Below are positions 61,298 to 64,000 of a stretch of 64,000 nucleotides of DNA, piece after piece (within the stretch, counting starts at the first letter, position 1; each line of letters opens with the position of its first letter). A program made the position numbers and the translations under genes. Origin of the DNA: Auanema rhodensis (Eukaryota > Animalia > Nematoda); assembly GCA_964057225.1 (NCBI GenBank), contig OZ059900.1, positions 26,598,001 through 26,662,000 on the forward strand. Direction: 5' to 3'. Under the pieces are notes generated by a model. That model ran no database searches. It worked only from the letters and a program-made list of their open reading frames with translations, and was not told where the DNA came from.

Positions 61298-62706
61298 ATG
61301 TTTACTGTTTCATACGATAAGTATATTTCGACAATCCCTACCAGGGATTGTCTTCCGTTTGTGTACGACTGCCTGGCGGAGAACGATTACTGCGAGATGT
61401 GCAGAAATAAGGCAGGGGAGTGTGTGTTTTTCTATGTATATAGAGCATACATTGAGAAGGGGATTTGTAAGTTTTTTTTTCCTTTTAATTTTTTTAATTA
61501 TATCATTGTAGGTTGGGCATGTTTGGTGCCACGTTGCAGGGATTTAAACCACACAGATTTTGTGGATGATGCAGCTCTTCTTCATTGGAATAGAGCACGA
61601 TCGCAGATGTGTGGAAAGGGTGGATTGCAGATGATTCATGCAGCAGCCGCAGGAGGACAAGTAGTAGCAGATAGGCAGTAAGTTATTCTAATATTCTTCA
61701 TTTTTAAAATTTTTTTATCTTCAGGCAGGATCGGTTGGAATTTGGTGGGAGACAGCAGTTTAACAACGCAGATGCAGGTAGAAGGTAAGTGTTATTATTG
61801 ATAAAGATTTTAAAATTTACATTTTTTTAAGGAGCATTTCTCCTCCCAGTTGGGCTCATGAGGTTGTCAGCAGCCATCCGAATGAAAAGAAGAGTGAAAA
61901 TATGCAGCTGGAGTTGGAACTGAATAGCAGGCTCGGGAGATTCGTAAGTTATAATTATTCTTCATTAGTTTATTCTTTTTATAGAGTATGGCGGATTTAA
62001 ACTCCTTAGTAGGAACCGTAAAACGGTTGCGGGAGAATTTCCCGTCATGGGCCTCTTTTCTCATATCGCAGATAACACCTGGCTTCGGCCGTTTTAGAAG
62101 CAGAATCCGGGAAATGGACCATAGCATCGCAGGGCTGGGAAAAAGCTTAGATTGCATGTTGCAGCACATGTACTGTGATAGTTGCGGGTGGTTCAACAGT
62201 AGGGAGGTTAGTTCAAATTCCCTTTTTTTAATACAATTTTTTTTAGGAAAATAAGGTTTATTGCCACTTCATCAAAATGGAAATAAAGCCTTTCATATTT
62301 GGTGAATGTGAGTTAGATGACTGTTTATTTTTTTATTTATTTTCTTTTTTCAGGCACGGTCTGCTCTCAATGGAAATGCAGTGACGTAGCATGCATTTCC
62401 TTCATGTTGCAGCGCAGCCACGAGCGGCATAAGGCATTGTGGCATGCCTTCATGTCCGCCCGGCAGGACGAGGACTATGAGGAGGAGGAGCAGAGGAAGA
62501 AGAAGCAGGAGGAGGAGGAGCAGAAGAAGAAGCAGGAGGAGGAGGAACAGCAGGCCAGGAAGAAGAAGCAGGAGGAGCGGGCAATACGGGCCGCTAAGGT
62601 GCAAGCCTTAAAGGAAAGAAGAGAGAAGGCAAAACGAGAGCTGATGAAGGTGGGGGGAAGAGGAGCTCCTGATACTGAGCCTGGAGACAATGGATCGCGT
62701 GGATGA
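61298..62706 (+). CDS. Orphan Cys-rich multi-exon gene(s) ending in an E/K/Q coiled-coil repeat
   Basis: Exons with CEMC, CLVPRC, CDSC and CSQWKC, then (EEEEQ-KKKQ)x3; splice signals between them. May be one or two genes. Confidence 0.5.
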
Positions 62707-63053
62707 AGAGGTCGCAGCAGAAATCGGAGCAGCATTGCAGCAGAATTAATTTTTTTTGTTATACTTTTTGTACATATTTGTTTTTTTATACGCCTTAATA
62801 ACTGTTATACCTATACCAATCATTTATTAACTGTTATGTTATTCTATATCAGAAAAAAGTGACAAGGAAATCAAGGATGAAATCACATTAGTTATTAACT
62901 GACGTACAATTATGGTGGTGCGAGCACAGACGGTTCGGGAACTCAATTGACAATTAAATATGATTTTCTGGGTAATTCGATGCTGTAGATGTCAAAAAGT
63001 TGATCGGTTTCACTAGAGGACGTCAGGAAATACCTGTACAATTATTGTGGTGC

Positions 63054-63116
63054 GGCTAAGGCTTAGGCTTAGGCTTAGGCTTAGGCTTAGGCTAGTTATT
63101 TCTATATCTACATGCA
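63054..63116 (+). repeat. Right arm of long-range inverted repeat: (TTAGGC)n + 24-bp cap
   Basis: ggctaaggc(ttaggc)5 tagttatttctatatctacatgca. Confidence 0.9.
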
Positions 63117-63148
63117 GGGGCTGCCGCCCCCGCGCCCCCGCTTATTTT

Positions 63149-63670
63149 TGGTTCACATTCCACAATGATTATGTGTTTCACATATGAATTTCAGTATTAA
63201 CAATTCATTGATTACTATTATGACCATTCTTCAATTAGTTCGTGAGAAAAAAATAAGTTTAATCAAAAAACAAAAAATGTTTGTGGTTCACATTCCACAA
63301 TGATTATGTGTTTCACATATGAATTTCAGTATTAACAATTCATTGATTACTATTATGACCATTCTTCAATTAGTTCGTGAGAAAAAAATAAGTTTAATCA
63401 AAAAACAAAAAATGTTTGTGGTTCACATTCCACAATGATTATGTGTTTCACATATGAATTTCAGTATTAACAATTCATTGCTTACTATTATGACCATTCT
63501 TCAATTAGTTCGTGAGAAAAAAATAAGTTTAATCAAAAAACAAAAAATGTTTGTGGTTCACATTCCACAATGATCATGTGTTTCACATATGAATTTCAGT
63601 ATTAACAATTCATTGATTACTATGATGACAACTCTTCAAATAGTTCGTGAGAAAAAATAAGTTAATCAAA
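63149..63670. repeat. 135-bp tandem repeat, ~3.9 copies
   Basis: gttcacattccacaatg at 63151, 63286, 63421 and 63556. Confidence 0.96.
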
Positions 63671-64000
63671 CAGCTTCGTTTCTGGAAACTTGTTTTGGCA
63701 GTAGTAAAAAAGCATGATTTTGAAAATCAATACATTTCAACGAATGTGTGTGTTTTGGATATGTTTTACCAGTTGTAACTCGCCTGCCTGGTCTTTGTTT
63801 GCCACAGAATTCAGAGGTTTTGTTGAGCAACGTTTCGACTGTTTTATTGTCAAATTGAGCATTGTTGATTATGCTCCAACTTTTAAGGAAAACAGTAGCT
63901 TCCTCGTACTAGAAAAACAATTTTATGTTCGATTCAAAATTATTGTAGGTCATACCATGAGCACATTGTAATATATGTTGAAACTCTTTTTACAAGTTTT

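Larger units (their letters stand above)
34538..63116. mobile_element. Candidate large telomere-repeat-capped element carrying tyrosine recombinase genes, with a nested Maverick
   Basis: 46-bp terminal inverted repeat, YR-RING gene near the left end, orphan genes near the right end. Element status is inferred, not proven. Confidence 0.5.

Noticed and set aside
62350-62735. Minus-strand poly-Leu and Ser/Phe ORFs
   Set aside because: Antisense of the GAG/AAG coiled-coil repeat.
63666-63971. Plus-strand 85-aa ORF and an open minus-strand exon-like frame at the window end
   Set aside because: No recognisable motif and truncated context, so the strand cannot be decided.

Overview
Eukaryotic, almost certainly nematode, repeat-rich DNA: it has TTAGGC telomeric hexamers, 41-46 nt spliceosomal introns with TTTCAG-like acceptors, and a nematode tRNA-Pro primer binding site. 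1-31756 is a 168-bp satellite array with higher-order structure, interrupted at 12048-17602 by a very young, intact Ty3/Gypsy LTR retrotransposon (LTRs identical by eye, 6-bp TSD, no polypurine tract). 39510-55081 is a full-length but decaying Maverick/Polinton with ~0.95-kb TIRs, integrase with chromodomain, packaging ATPase, minor and major capsid, adenain protease and a 14-exon pPolB. It is inserted in a 37-bp telomere-derived minisatellite. The most novel signal is what surrounds the Maverick: 34538-63116 is bracketed by an inverted repeat made of a 24-bp unique cap plus telomeric repeats in chromosome-end orientation. That interval holds an intron-containing tyrosine recombinase with a C-terminal RING finger, a divergent decayed paralog, telomere-like arrays, an iteron/hairpin block and several orphan multi-exon genes. 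It is a candidate ~13-kb (Maverick subtracted) telomere-bearing YR mobile element. All calls are from reading and hand-translating the sequence; no database searches were run.
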